Origin: Eubacteriales bacterium
GTDB taxonomy: Bacteria; Bacillota; Clostridia; Oscillospirales; CAG-272
NCBI GenBank assembly: GCA_045660295.1
Contig: JAZRDN010000035.1
Span: forward strand, 1,228 to 65,227
Reading direction: 5' to 3'
DNA: 64,000 nucleotides
Positions 47,852-57,538 of the stretch are shown here, in pieces (positions within the stretch are counted from its first letter, which is position 1; each line of letters begins with the position of its first letter). Both the position numbers and the translations under genes were made by a program. The notes beneath the pieces were generated by a model, which saw only the letters and a program-made list of their open reading frames with translations, was not told the origin of the DNA and ran no database searches.

Positions 47852-48667
47852 TCAATATCCTATTGATTCGAGGTACTTGCGGCTCTTCTCGATGCACTCG
47901 AGAGAGGTGAGATCCATGCTGGGCTTATCCTGCTCGACAACTACCCAGCCCGCGCCTGCGAACTTGGCAGCCTCTATGATGGGCGGGAAGTCCTGAAGTC
48001 CGCTTCCTACAGGGCGGAACTCGAAGCCCGAGGGTCTTGTGGGAACCTTCTTTTCGATGCCGATAAGCTCGTACATGTCGTCGGACCTTTCACCGTAGAA
48101 GTCCTTAAGGTGAACTACGGGAGCGCGTCCTGCGTACTTCTTAACGTACTCTGCGGGTTTTTCGCCGCCTACGTTTACCCAGCATGTGTCTATCTCTGTC
48201 TGGAGATAGTCAGCGGGAATGGCGTCGTAAAGAATATCGAGAGCGTACTTGCCGTTGATGGTGATGAACTCAAAGTCATGATTGTGATAAAGGAGAGTAA
48301 GACCGTTTTCGTGAGCCTTTTTACCGATCTCGCTAATGTCCGCTATGGTCTGCTCCCAGCCCTCTGCGCCGGGGCGGTCAGCGGAATTGAGATAGGGAAC
48401 AACGATGTACTTGCAACCGAGAGTTGAGTAGTCCTTGATAACCTTGTCGCAATCCTTTCTCAGGTCAGCCAAAGCAACGTGAGCCGATATCGGAACAAGA
48501 CCGATCTCGTCGCACATAGCCTTAACGTCCTCAGCGGAATTACCATAGAGACCTGCGAACTCAACGCCGTCGTATCCCATATCCTTGATTTTCTGAAGTG
48601 TGCCGCGCATATCCTGCTCTGCGAAGTCGCGGACAGAGTAAACCTGAACAGCTACTGAAAGAGCCAT
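47852..48667 (-). CDS. Sugar phosphate isomerase/epimerase (xylose-isomerase-like TIM barrel)
   Basis: 271 aa. ..YDGVEFAG.., ..YHNH.., ..HLKD.. pattern. Confidence 0.85.
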   Translation of the reverse strand: MALSVAVQVYSVRDFAEQDMRGTLQKIKDMGYDGVEFAGLYGNSAEDVKAMCDEIGLVPISAHVALADLRKDCDKVIKDYSTLGCKYIVVPYLNSADRPGAEGWEQTIADISEIGKKAHENGLTLLYHNHDFEFITINGKYALDILYDAIPADYLQTEIDTCWVNVGGEKPAEYVKKYAGRAPVVHLKDFYGERSDDMYELIGIEKKVPTRPSGFEFRPVGSGLQDFPPIIEAAKFAGAGWVVVEQDKPSMDLTSLECIEKSRKYLESIGY

Positions 48668-48755
48668 ATCAAAAAACCTCCATTAATTCTTTTTTTATTG
48701 CCCAAAAGATTCAAAACACGTTATCTACGTCTCAAAATCTTCCGTAATTAATTTA

Positions 48756-48784
48756 ATTATAAGACATATTATGCGTTGATGCAA
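48756..48784 (-). promoter_or_regulatory. Sigma-A promoter of the isomerase-oxidoreductase operon
   Basis: Minus strand: TTGCAT (48784-48779), 17-nt spacer, TATAAT (48761-48756). Confidence 0.55.
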
Positions 48785-48852
48785 GTCATATCGAGTCAAA
48801 AACAAGACAAATATTGCTATTAATAAAATTTGGCTGTGATTTTGCCGTCAAC

Positions 48853-48881
48853 TTGACAAAAGGGAGATAAAGTGATATTAT
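48853..48881 (+). promoter_or_regulatory. Sigma-A promoter (extended -10) of the SPFH-tmk unit
   Basis: TTGACA (48853-48858), 17-nt spacer, TGaTATTAT (-10 at 48876-48881). Confidence 0.6.
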
Positions 48882-48912
48882 TATATTACAACGGCTAAAG
48901 GAGGTAAATTTT

Positions 48913-49872
48913 ATGTTTTGGTTGGTTGTATCTTTGGTTATTACGCTGTTTTTGTTCCTTATGTTCGGATTGAATAAGGGCGGAAAATGGAGATGTAACA
49001 AAAAGCAGTTTGTAGCAATCGTCGGATTGCTTCCCATTCTTTGCGGAATGATAGCTATCGTACCTACGGGTCACACGGGTATTCTCACCACCTTCGGTAA
49101 GGTTGAGGACGTTACTCTTGAGGCGGGACTTCACATCAAGGCGCCCGTGCAGGAGGTCGTTGCTATGGACAACCGCACGCAAAAGAGAATGCTTGACCTT
49201 AAGTGCTTCTCAAGTGATATTCAGGAAGTGTCTATAAAATACTCCATAAACTATCAGATACAGAAAAGCAACGCGCAGACTATCTACAAGACTATCGGAC
49301 AGAACTACTACGAGGTAGTAATGGACCCGAGAATTCAAGAGGCTGTAAGAAGCGTCATCGCCAATTACACCGCCGAGAGTCTTATCGAGCAGAGAGAGGT
49401 GCTCTCGCAACAGATAACGGCTATTCTTATTGACGAGCTTGGTACATATAACATCGAGGTAGTAAATACCGCTATTGAGGATATGGATTTCTCTGATGCG
49501 TTTACGCAGGCGGTAGAGGATAAGCAGGTCGCTCAACAGCAGCTTCTTAAGGCAAAGACCGAGCAGGAGCAGCTTACAATGGAGCAGGAGGCGCAGGCAC
49601 AGCGTCAGGAGATCGCCGCTGAGGCAGAGGCTAATATTGCGATCATTCAGGCGAATGCCGACAAGGAGGTTCTGAAAATACAGGCTGACGCGGCGGAGTA
49701 CGCCGGACAGAAGGACGCGGCGGTAAACGAGGCTCTCGCCAAATCACTTACCGACGTGCTTTTGCAGTATTACGAGATCAAGCAGTGGGACGGCAAGCTT
49801 CCCGAATATCTCGTGAGCGGAGTTGACGGTGTAAGCCCCATTCTCGGTTCTGTAAATACTAAAGGCGAATAA
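48913..49872 (+). CDS. SPFH/band-7 (prohibitin-like) membrane protein
   Basis: N-terminal TM, SPFH core (..GHTGILTTFGKV..), and a C-terminal Ala/Gln/Glu coiled coil. Confidence 0.88.
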   Translation: MFWLVVSLVITLFLFLMFGLNKGGKWRCNKKQFVAIVGLLPILCGMIAIVPTGHTGILTTFGKVEDVTLEAGLHIKAPVQEVVAMDNRTQKRMLDLKCFSSDIQEVSIKYSINYQIQKSNAQTIYKTIGQNYYEVVMDPRIQEAVRSVIANYTAESLIEQREVLSQQITAILIDELGTYNIEVVNTAIEDMDFSDAFTQAVEDKQVAQQQLLKAKTEQEQLTMEQEAQAQRQEIAAEAEANIAIIQANADKEVLKIQADAAEYAGQKDAAVNEALAKSLTDVLLQYYEIKQWDGKLPEYLVSGVDGVSPILGSVNTKGE

Positions 49873-49891
49873 AAAGTTTAATTGAGGGTAA

Positions 49892-50530
49892 ATGACGATG
49901 TCGGAAAACAAAAGAGGACGATTTATAGTAATTGAGGGAATAGACGGCGCGGGAAAGACTACGCAGATAGAGCTTCTTGCCGAAAAGCTGCGCGCCGAGG
50001 GCAGAACGGTGCATATTACCGCAGAGCCTACCGCTTCGGTAAGCGGAGGGCTTCTTCGTGACGCGCTGGGCGGAATATCCAACAGAACGGCGTGTGAAAT
50101 GGCGGCGCTTTTCGTGCTGGACCGAATTTTTCACAACGTAAATCCGGGCGGCATAAACGCTATGCTTGAGAGAGGGATAGACGTGATCTGCGACAGATAT
50201 TATTATTCCTCACTGGCTTATCAGGGTAGTCAGACCGATTTTGAGTGGGTAAAGAACATGAACCTCGGCTGTCCCGAGATAAGGATACCCGACCTCTGCA
50301 TCTTCCTTGATCTCGCTCCCGAGGAAAGCCTTAAGCGCATCTCCAAGGGGCGTACCACTACCGAGATTTACGAGAAGCTCGACACGCTTGAAAGCGTCAG
50401 AAAACGCTTCTTTGACGTTTTTGAGCTTTTGCGCGAGCGTGACAATATCAAAATAATCGACACCACGGGCGACTCTATCGAGGCGGTGGCGCAAAAGATC
50501 TCCGAGGCTGTGGAGAGTTTCAGCTTTTAA
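49892..50530 (+). CDS. tmk: dTMP (thymidylate) kinase
   Basis: FIVIEGIDGAGKTTQ P-loop; ..DRYYYSSLAYQG.. Confidence 0.93.
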   Translation: MTMSENKRGRFIVIEGIDGAGKTTQIELLAEKLRAEGRTVHITAEPTASVSGGLLRDALGGISNRTACEMAALFVLDRIFHNVNPGGINAMLERGIDVICDRYYYSSLAYQGSQTDFEWVKNMNLGCPEIRIPDLCIFLDLAPEESLKRISKGRTTTEIYEKLDTLESVRKRFFDVFELLRERDNIKIIDTTGDSIEAVAQKISEAVESFSF

Positions 50531-50551
50531 AATTTGAATAAGATCAAAAAG

Positions 50552-50601
50552 ATAACCCCCTTGACGCGCCTGCTGTAAAGCAGGTATGCCAAGGGGGTTA
50601 T
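50552..50601 (-). terminator. Long hairpin terminator (T-run on the minus strand)
   Basis: 12-bp outer stem ataacccccttg / caagggggttat with nested cctgct/agcagg. The minus strand continues cttttt. Confidence 0.65.
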
Positions 50602-50649
50602 GATTAGACTAATGGTTTTTTGTTGTGTTGATTATATGATTTTAGTTTA

Positions 50650-52317
50650 TTAATAATCTTTGATTGTTTTAGTTTCTAGCAACGCTAAAGCATCGTCCAA
50701 GTCGGTTGTAGTGAACTCAACAGAAAATCCATCATTGTCAATTAATATAAGAGTAACTGGACTGTTTATATACTTGAAATGTAAATACCACGTCCATTGA
50801 TCTCCACCATAATGCCATGTAATAGCGATTTTATCATTTAAAGTTCCTGAAACAATCTTAACCCTGTCGCAAGTAGACTCACCATTGCCTTCGGTAAAGT
50901 TATATACATATCCTTCATCAAAATCTATAATCCAATATACATCATAAGTGCCACCCTTGTTTTTGTATGAGAAGATACCTGAATTTCCTTTTTTCGCCGT
51001 TTCATAATCATTGGTAGAATAGTAAACAGGAGACGGAACTTCGGGAGTTTCATACTTATAGTACACAAGATAAATGGTTGAGTTAGCATCAAATTTGTCG
51101 CCCTGCTCGAACTCGGTATCTCCAAAAATCCATTCTGTAATATCAATATAATAAATGGTATCAGCGGCAGACTCAGTTTCCGTTTTAACGGTTTGGTATT
51201 TGAATTTAGTAAAGCCCATTTCACGGAAACTTTTCTCTGCATCCTTATAGTTTATTCCCTTAAAATCATCTGCACTCATTGTTAAGACAATTTCGGTTTG
51301 TTGAGTGTCAGATGTGTTTTCCTCAACCTTTTCACCGCCGATACTCAACACATCGTAAAAAATCACCCAAGAACCAAGAGCTTTTGTAGGCTCCGCCGTA
51401 ATTTGTCCCACAATGGTATTGCCCTTTCCAACATCAAGTTCTTCTTCGGAAATGAAATTCAAGTGTTCACCAGCCCAACAGTTAATCCCCAACACTGAAT
51501 TTGGTTTGTATTCATTCACATCAAATTGAACAATTGCACCCTTAACATTTTCTCCCTCGTTAAGTGCAGCCTCAAAAGAAGCGGCGTCAGAATAATCCAA
51601 TGTATACTCTGTTCCGCCACTCTCCTCGATGTGGTCAGGCTTTTCGTTGTTACTTTCGGGAACTCTGAACTCCATAGAAAAAGTGTTAAACCCCTCATAA
51701 TTTAAAGAAACCTTATAGCCCTCGACATTCGTTGCGGAATATACCGTGTCATATTCGTAGGAGTCTATAGTAAAGCCTGCGGCGACACAAGCCCCTTTAT
51801 AGAGCATATAGGTATCCTTGGTTGTCTCACCAACATAAAGGAAGAAACCTTTTTCGTTCTGCCAGTTGAAATAACCGACCTTAGATTCCGGAACAGGAAG
51901 CCCACCAGTAACAGCATAAGCAGGCAAGACAAATGTTTCCATAGGAATGGGAGCCTTTAATGTAATGTGCAGTTGGTCTTGGCTATCATTGTAATAGAGC
52001 GACAGATAATATCCTTCTCCGTTATACGCATAGAAAGAATTACTTAAAGCTTCAACTTCAATGTCAAATCCTTTTTCCTGTTCGCACCAACGTTGATACT
52101 CTAAATATTGGTTTTGAGAAATTTTATAAACGTACACTAACAAATCATCGTCGTCATTGGAAACGATTTTCATAAGGTTAGACTGGGGTTCTGGAAGTAC
52201 ATAACCGAGCCTAATATTAATCCAATCAATTTCTTCAGCATCAGGATTACATGCAGTAAGTAGACAAAGCAACATTAGGGTCGCAAGTAGCAGAGATATA
52301 AGTTTTTTCATTGCCAT
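50650..52317 (-). CDS. AT-rich gene for a large lipoprotein with a duplicated N-terminal domain, family not recognised
   Basis: Lipobox LLTAC. Two ~95-aa repeats (..YLEYQRWCEQEKGF.. / ..YMLYKGACVAAGF..). 20-21 G+C per 60 nt, against 29-33 in neighbouring genes. Confidence 0.75.
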   Translation of the reverse strand: MAMKKLISLLLATLMLLCLLTACNPDAEEIDWINIRLGYVLPEPQSNLMKIVSNDDDDLLVYVYKISQNQYLEYQRWCEQEKGFDIEVEALSNSFYAYNGEGYYLSLYYNDSQDQLHITLKAPIPMETFVLPAYAVTGGLPVPESKVGYFNWQNEKGFFLYVGETTKDTYMLYKGACVAAGFTIDSYEYDTVYSATNVEGYKVSLNYEGFNTFSMEFRVPESNNEKPDHIEESGGTEYTLDYSDAASFEAALNEGENVKGAIVQFDVNEYKPNSVLGINCWAGEHLNFISEEELDVGKGNTIVGQITAEPTKALGSWVIFYDVLSIGGEKVEENTSDTQQTEIVLTMSADDFKGINYKDAEKSFREMGFTKFKYQTVKTETESAADTIYYIDITEWIFGDTEFEQGDKFDANSTIYLVYYKYETPEVPSPVYYSTNDYETAKKGNSGIFSYKNKGGTYDVYWIIDFDEGYVYNFTEGNGESTCDRVKIVSGTLNDKIAITWHYGGDQWTWYLHFKYINSPVTLILIDNDGFSVEFTTTDLDDALALLETKTIKDY

Positions 52318-52330
52318 TTCTCCTTATCCA

Positions 52331-53245
52331 TTAGTGTTTTAAAAGTTTTATGTCAATTTGCGAAAGAATGATTGCGATGAACATTAACACACATCCCACA
52401 AGTTCGCGTCCCGACATCATCTGACCGAGGATTATCGCTCCCGCTACGGTCGCTACAACCGACTCAAAGCTCATGATAAGCGAAGCAACCGTGGTCGATG
52501 ACGAAAGCTTCTGTCCAATGACCTGAAAAGTGTAAGCCACACCGCAGGAGAGCACGCCCGCGAAAAGGATAGGACCAATGACCTTAATGATAAGGTCGGG
52601 GTGGAAGCCACCCTCAAAAATAAACGTCATAACACATGCGAGCAGCCCCGAAAAAACGAATTGCAGGCAAGAAAGCTTTACGCAATCGGATTTTTGAACG
52701 AAATGGTCCACCGAAAGAATATGGAAGGCGAAGGCTACCGCGCAGAGAAGCGTTACTATGTCGCTGAATTTCACCGAAAAGCTCTCGGTGCCCACGCAGA
52801 GCAGATAGAGCCCCGCTATAGCGAGCACGATACATGCGTATATGTGCGGTTGTATCTTCTTTTTGAGAAGAAGCCCGATTATCGGTACGAAGATTATGTA
52901 CATAGCCGTGATAAAGCCTGCCTTGCCGGGATCTGTGCCAAGCGCCATGCCGCCTTGCTGGAGACAAGCCGCTATACAGTGGCAAAAGCCGCATACAAGA
53001 CCGCCGATAACAAGGTGTTTGTTCTCGGCTTTCGTCGGCTTTAAGTAGGTGCCGTTGGACTTTTTTATTCCGTCCGTAGCGAGAATGACCGGGATAAGCA
53101 CTATCGCACCGATAAGCGTGCGCACGGCTTGAAATTCAAAGGGACCGATTATCTCTGCGGCAATGTCCTGCGCCACAAAGGTGCATCCCCAGATAATAGT
53201 TGCCACTAACAGGAAAAGATTTCCCTTAAGGTCTTTTGCGTTCAT
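52331..53245 (-). CDS. DMT/EamA-family transporter
   Basis: 304 aa, 10 TM spans, two EamA-like halves. Confidence 0.88.
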   Translation of the reverse strand: MNAKDLKGNLFLLVATIIWGCTFVAQDIAAEIIGPFEFQAVRTLIGAIVLIPVILATDGIKKSNGTYLKPTKAENKHLVIGGLVCGFCHCIAACLQQGGMALGTDPGKAGFITAMYIIFVPIIGLLLKKKIQPHIYACIVLAIAGLYLLCVGTESFSVKFSDIVTLLCAVAFAFHILSVDHFVQKSDCVKLSCLQFVFSGLLACVMTFIFEGGFHPDLIIKVIGPILFAGVLSCGVAYTFQVIGQKLSSSTTVASLIMSFESVVATVAGAIILGQMMSGRELVGCVLMFIAIILSQIDIKLLKH

Positions 53246-53263
53246 GATGATTCCTTTACTTTG

Positions 53264-53743
53264 TTACTTGTGATATTTTGTTCCCTTGATAATGTTCAGC
53301 GCGCGGTAGATTATCTCAAGCAGCATCACGCGCATGAGCTGGTGGGGAAATGTGAGCTTGGATACCGATAATTTGAGGTCGCAAGCCGCCTTGAGCGACG
53401 CGTCTATGCCGTGCGAGCTTCCGATAATAAGGCAGATGCAACCGCTTGTTTGCGCCGTTTCCTCAATTTTTGCGGCAAGCTCCTCCGAGGAAAACTGCTT
53501 GCCCTCAACGCACATAGCGATTTTATATGCCTTTTGCGGAATCGCCTTGGTTATCCTCTCTGCCTCGTCTGCGAGAGCGCGGTTTATGTCGCTTTCCGAC
53601 GGGTTTTCGGGGAGCTTGTATTCTTTAAGCTCGATTATTTCAAGGCTGCAAAATGACGAAAGTCGCTTGGAATATTCGGCAATGGCGTCCTTGAGATAGC
53701 TCTCCTTTAACGAGCCGACCGAAATTATTTTAATGCCTAACAT
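53264..53743 (-). CDS. rlmH: 23S rRNA (pseudouridine1915-N3)-methyltransferase RlmH
   Basis: MLGIKIISVGSLKESYLKDAIAEYSKRL..; C-terminal ..LTFPHQLMRVMLLEIIYRA... The track start at 53761 is a GTG inside the upstream gene. Confidence 0.9.
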   Translation of the reverse strand: MLGIKIISVGSLKESYLKDAIAEYSKRLSSFCSLEIIELKEYKLPENPSESDINRALADEAERITKAIPQKAYKIAMCVEGKQFSSEELAAKIEETAQTSGCICLIIGSSHGIDASLKAACDLKLSVSKLTFPHQLMRVMLLEIIYRALNIIKGTKYHK

Positions 53744-54534
53744 TGCCCCTCCGTTTCGCACACGAGCTTGGTTACTTCAAACTGATCGGCAACCGCAAGA
53801 TTGAACTCGGGGTCACCGATGACCGCCGAGACCTCGTCGTAGGCGAGCTCGGGGGTGTTGTTTTCCTCGCTGATGTGCGCTAAAAGAATATTTTTTGTGC
53901 CACTTTCCACAAGCTTTGCCGAAAGCAGAGCGCAATCGGTGTTGCACAGATGTCCGCGCCTGCCGAGAATACGCTTTTTTAGGTCGTAGGGATAGCTTCC
54001 GTTTTTTAACATCTCCACATCGTGATTGGCTTCCAGCACTACCGATTCGCACCCCATAAGTCCCGCCAAAATCTCGTCGGTGACATAGCCGATGTCGGTA
54101 GCAAAGCCTATCTCACGCCGCTTGCCGTTCTCCTCAAAGCTTATGTGATATCCCACGCTGGACATGCTGTCGTGTGGTGTTGGAAATGACGAGACGCAGA
54201 GTCCTTTTATCTGCTCGTTAAAAAGCGGAGTGTGAGTGATTATGTTTTCGGTGACGTGCGGCAAGCCAAGCGAAATCAGCTTTTGTGCCGAACGTTCGGT
54301 GATGTGTACCGGAATAGGGTGCTTTTTTAAAAGATTTTCAAGTGCCGATATATGGTCGGAATGCTCGTGGGTTATGAAAATAGCGTCGATGTCGGCGGGG
54401 GTAAGCCCCACCTGGGCAAGTGCCTTGGTCAGCCTCAGTGCGCTTTTTCCCGCGTCTATGAGAATGTTAGCTCCGCCCGCCGATATCAGCGTGGAATTGC
54501 CCTTCGAGCCTGAGTACAGTGATATTATCTTCAT
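53737..54534 (-). CDS. MBL-fold metallo-hydrolase (YycJ/WalJ-like)
   Basis: ..ILIDAGKS.., HEHSDH motif. Sits upstream of rlmH, as in Bacillus. Confidence 0.88.
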   Translation of the reverse strand: MKIISLYSGSKGNSTLISAGGANILIDAGKSALRLTKALAQVGLTPADIDAIFITHEHSDHISALENLLKKHPIPVHITERSAQKLISLGLPHVTENIITHTPLFNEQIKGLCVSSFPTPHDSMSSVGYHISFEENGKRREIGFATDIGYVTDEILAGLMGCESVVLEANHDVEMLKNGSYPYDLKKRILGRRGHLCNTDCALLSAKLVESGTKNILLAHISEENNTPELAYDEVSAVIGDPEFNLAVADQFEVTKLVCETEGQC

Positions 54535-54911
54535 TTTTGTAAATAGGAAAGAATACCTTGCAGGACGTAGATGTCAAGCACCTCAAGGAAAAAGGTGGCT
54601 ATCATTGGAATGAGGATAAGAAGCGCCTTTTTGGATTTTTGACGGCGTGCCGTGTAATTGTCCATAAATTCCTTTTTCTGCTCTGCGCTCCACTCCTTGG
54701 GGAGCATGTCTGAGGTGAGCTTTGTGCCTGCCAAGCCGCGGTTGTAAAGTATATACCATACAGCCGCCGAAAGCGTGATTACGCTGTAAATCACGATAAC
54801 CGCTATGTAAGCGCCCACGCTCAGCTCCTTCATGGCTCTGAAAATCAGTATAGCTAACAGTGTAAGGCAGACAAGACCGCCCGCAAGTCCGAAATTGAAT
54901 TTTGGTTTCAT
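54531..54911 (-). CDS. Small membrane protein (3 TM), unknown function
   Basis: 126 aa. Start abuts the kinase stop, and its own stop overlaps the MBL start by 4 nt. Confidence 0.6.
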   Translation of the reverse strand: MKPKFNFGLAGGLVCLTLLAILIFRAMKELSVGAYIAVIVIYSVITLSAAVWYILYNRGLAGTKLTSDMLPKEWSAEQKKEFMDNYTARRQKSKKALLILIPMIATFFLEVLDIYVLQGILSYLQK

Positions 54912-56195
54912 TTATATAACCTTGATGGCTCCGCGGGGTCTGATGCGGAGAATGATGCACGAGCCCTCGCCGAACGCCGCATCCATTATCGCACGGAAGC
55001 TCTCTGCGTCAGCGGCAGGAACGAATGCCTGAATAGTGCCCGCAAATCCACCGCCGTGCACGCGCCAAGCCGCCTTTTTGTCGGCAAGATAGCCCTCGGC
55101 AAGGCAAAGCGCCAGCGAGAGTCCCTGCTCGGATACGTTCTTGGTGGTGTATACGTTTTGGAGATAGCAGAACGAGGAGCGTCCCGAGCTCTTTACTCCG
55201 TCAAAGAATGCGTCAAGGTCGCCCGACTTGAGAGCGTTTGTCTGATTGTAAACTCGCTCGTTCTCGTTGAAGAAGTGGAATGCGCGGAGAATAGCTCTGT
55301 CGCCAAGCTTTTCACGCAAAACAGGAATCTCTTTTGCCACAGTCGCCGCGTCAAGCTCGCGAAGAACGCTCTTGCCGAAGTGAGCGGCAACGCTCTTCAT
55401 TTCAGCGGGAACAGAGGCGTAGTCGTCGGTAAGGTCGGCGTGATTTCCGCCCGTGCTTACGATACAGAGATTGTATCCCGCGGCTGTGATGTCAAAATCA
55501 AGCTTTTCGATAGCAGGCTCTTTTGTGTCCTTGAAATCGATAGCAACGATACCGCCGCAAGCGCAGGCAACCTGATCCATAAGTCCGCAGGGCTTGCCGA
55601 AGAATACGTTCTCGGCGTACTGGGAGAGCTTTGCTATTTCAACGTTGTCAACGCTTCCGTCGTTGTACATGTGGTTGAGAATATTTCCTATCATGTCCTC
55701 AAACGCCGCCGAGGAAGAAAGACCCGAGCCCTTAAGAACGCTGGATGTGGTGTAAGCGCAGAAGCCGCCTATCTTGTGACCGTTGTTAGTAAATCCGCGG
55801 CACATACCTGCGATTATGGATTTAGACGTGCCGAAGAGTTTTTCGTCGGGAGCGTTGTATTTTTCAAAATCAACTGTATCCTCAGAGAAGCCCTCGGATT
55901 TTACCTTGATAACACTGCCGTCAAGCTTTGCGGCAACCGCGATTATGTCAAGGTCGATAGAAGCGGCAATAACTCTGCCGTGGTTGTGGTCTGTATGGTT
56001 TCCCGAAATCTCGCTTCTGCCCGAAACAGAGAATATTTCCACGTTCTCAAGTGCCCCGTAGAGCTTTTCGAACTCGTCTATGGCAGAGAGATATCTCTCG
56101 GTCTGCTTGGCTACGTTAGCCTCTCCGTAAAGCTCGATAAGTGTGTTGTTTATGCTTCCGCTCTTTATAGCGGAACGAAGCTGGTTAATGTTCAT
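54912..56195 (-). CDS. GHMP-family sugar kinase, galactokinase-like
   Basis: 427 aa. ..GRSEISGNHTDHNHG.. in place of GEHTDY; GLSSSAA motif; ..RVHGGGFAGT.. Confidence 0.8.
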   Translation of the reverse strand: MNINQLRSAIKSGSINNTLIELYGEANVAKQTERYLSAIDEFEKLYGALENVEIFSVSGRSEISGNHTDHNHGRVIAASIDLDIIAVAAKLDGSVIKVKSEGFSEDTVDFEKYNAPDEKLFGTSKSIIAGMCRGFTNNGHKIGGFCAYTTSSVLKGSGLSSSAAFEDMIGNILNHMYNDGSVDNVEIAKLSQYAENVFFGKPCGLMDQVACACGGIVAIDFKDTKEPAIEKLDFDITAAGYNLCIVSTGGNHADLTDDYASVPAEMKSVAAHFGKSVLRELDAATVAKEIPVLREKLGDRAILRAFHFFNENERVYNQTNALKSGDLDAFFDGVKSSGRSSFCYLQNVYTTKNVSEQGLSLALCLAEGYLADKKAAWRVHGGGFAGTIQAFVPAADAESFRAIMDAAFGEGSCIILRIRPRGAIKVI

Positions 56196-56231
56196 TGTAA
56201 AAGTCCTTTCACAAAAAAAGTGTACAAAGTC

Positions 56232-56260
56232 ATTGTATCATATTTTTTGTGTTTCGACAA
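56232..56260 (-). promoter_or_regulatory. Sigma-A promoter (extended -10) of the kinase operon
   Basis: Minus strand: TTGTCG (56260-56255), 17-nt spacer, TGaTACAAT (-10 at 56237-56232). Confidence 0.5.
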
Positions 56261-56265
56261 GACCT

Positions 56266-57402
56266 TTAGAAAAATTTAATTGATTTTATTGTTTTTTTGA
56301 GTCCTACGTCTCCCGTAAGTGTGTCGATTCCGAATAGCAGGAGCAAGGTCGGCTTTTCTTTTTGCTCGTATAGAGGAATAAGAATTTCCGCAAGCGGCTG
56401 ACGGAGATATCGTGGATCAATGAGGTCAATGTCGTAGTGGCGCGCGAGAAAGGGAATAAGCGAGTTGGCAAAGCTGTCTTTTATTACGGCAAGCCTCGGT
56501 TTGCCGCCGCTTTCTATGCGGAGATGCGCCTTGTTGCCGCCGAGAAAAAAGTCGTACTGTGAGCTTCCCTTAAGCGCCGAGGTGTCGTAAATCCACGATT
56601 TTTTGCCCGTGCTCACGTCGCTCACGGTTATTTCGCCATCGCCGTCATACCTCATGGCGGTGATTTTGTCGGGGGTGGCGGTGGGGAACAGCGATGCCGA
56701 ATACGACGTGCCGAAAAATGAGTCGCTTACCGTCTCGGCTTCAAAATCCGAGAGGGGATAGGGCGTGTAACCCAGAGAGTTGCCAAGCTCGCGGTAGGCG
56801 TAATAAGCGCCGAGTGTAGTCCAATGGTGGTCGGTCTTGTAAAAAACATACTCTCCTGCCTCGGCTTTTTTCCTCAAAAGCTCGGTTGCGGTTGCGGCGT
56901 TGTGCTGTTCTGTCAGCGCCCACTCTTTTTCGCCGCTTGCGAAAGGCGCGGGGCAGAAGTATTCAAGCACGTCCTCGGCGCGCGGAGCGCAGAAAAACAC
57001 CGAGTCAACGCCGTAGATTTCCGCTTTGTCTCGAATGGCATCAATTGCCGCCAGATTTGCCTTTAGCATATCAAGCTCGGCGTATTCCAGTCTCTTTACG
57101 AGATTTTTGTTTTGGGCGAGCATAACGCCGTTGCTCTCTAACTTTCCCAAGCCCAATTCGTATGACGAATTAAGCGTCAGCAGGGAAGTGCGCAAAGGAA
57201 ATTGGTCGGCGCAAAAATCCGAAAAGCCCTTGGTGTAGCTCCCGTCAAGCAGAGAGCCTGCCGATAATTCGGGCGTTTGTGCCAGAATCCTGTTTTCGGT
57301 GACCGAAAAATCCTTGGTGGGTAAAAACAAAAACGCTGTCCAGACAGCAATGACGACACCTGCGTACAGCGCGCAGAGAGTAAATGATAGCTTTTTTGAC
57401 AT
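56266..57402 (-). CDS. DHHW-family protein (AlgX/AlgJ-like SGNH-fold, membrane-anchored)
   Basis: ..FYKTDHHWTTLGAYYAY.. Start at ATG 57402 (MSKKLSFTLCALYAGVV.. signal anchor). The rest of the track ORF up to 57816 runs across the divergent gene. Confidence 0.82.
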   Translation of the reverse strand: MSKKLSFTLCALYAGVVIAVWTAFLFLPTKDFSVTENRILAQTPELSAGSLLDGSYTKGFSDFCADQFPLRTSLLTLNSSYELGLGKLESNGVMLAQNKNLVKRLEYAELDMLKANLAAIDAIRDKAEIYGVDSVFFCAPRAEDVLEYFCPAPFASGEKEWALTEQHNAATATELLRKKAEAGEYVFYKTDHHWTTLGAYYAYRELGNSLGYTPYPLSDFEAETVSDSFFGTSYSASLFPTATPDKITAMRYDGDGEITVSDVSTGKKSWIYDTSALKGSSQYDFFLGGNKAHLRIESGGKPRLAVIKDSFANSLIPFLARHYDIDLIDPRYLRQPLAEILIPLYEQKEKPTLLLLFGIDTLTGDVGLKKTIKSIKFF

Positions 57403-57484
57403 GATAACCGCCTTTTTGAAAAATGATATCACGGTTATTTTTAGCCTTAAGGCGGTGTTGTATTCGGAATAAAGCCCCGAACTG

Positions 57485-57513
57485 TTGACTTTGTTTGGTG
57501 GGTGTGTTATAAT
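57485..57513 (+). promoter_or_regulatory. Sigma-A promoter (extended -10)
   Basis: TTGACT (57485-57490), 17-nt spacer, TGtTATAAT (-10 at 57508-57513). Confidence 0.6.
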
Positions 57514-57538
57514 TGAAACACAGATTGGAGTGATAAAA

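Noticed and set aside
48786-49037. A minus-strand ORF starting MGSNPT.., a peptide signature that often betrays a mistranslated tRNA T-arm (GGTTCGAATCC).
   Set aside because: The underlying DNA is atgggaagcaatccgac, not a T-loop consensus. No cloverleaf can be drawn, and the region is the 5' part of the SPFH gene on the other strand.
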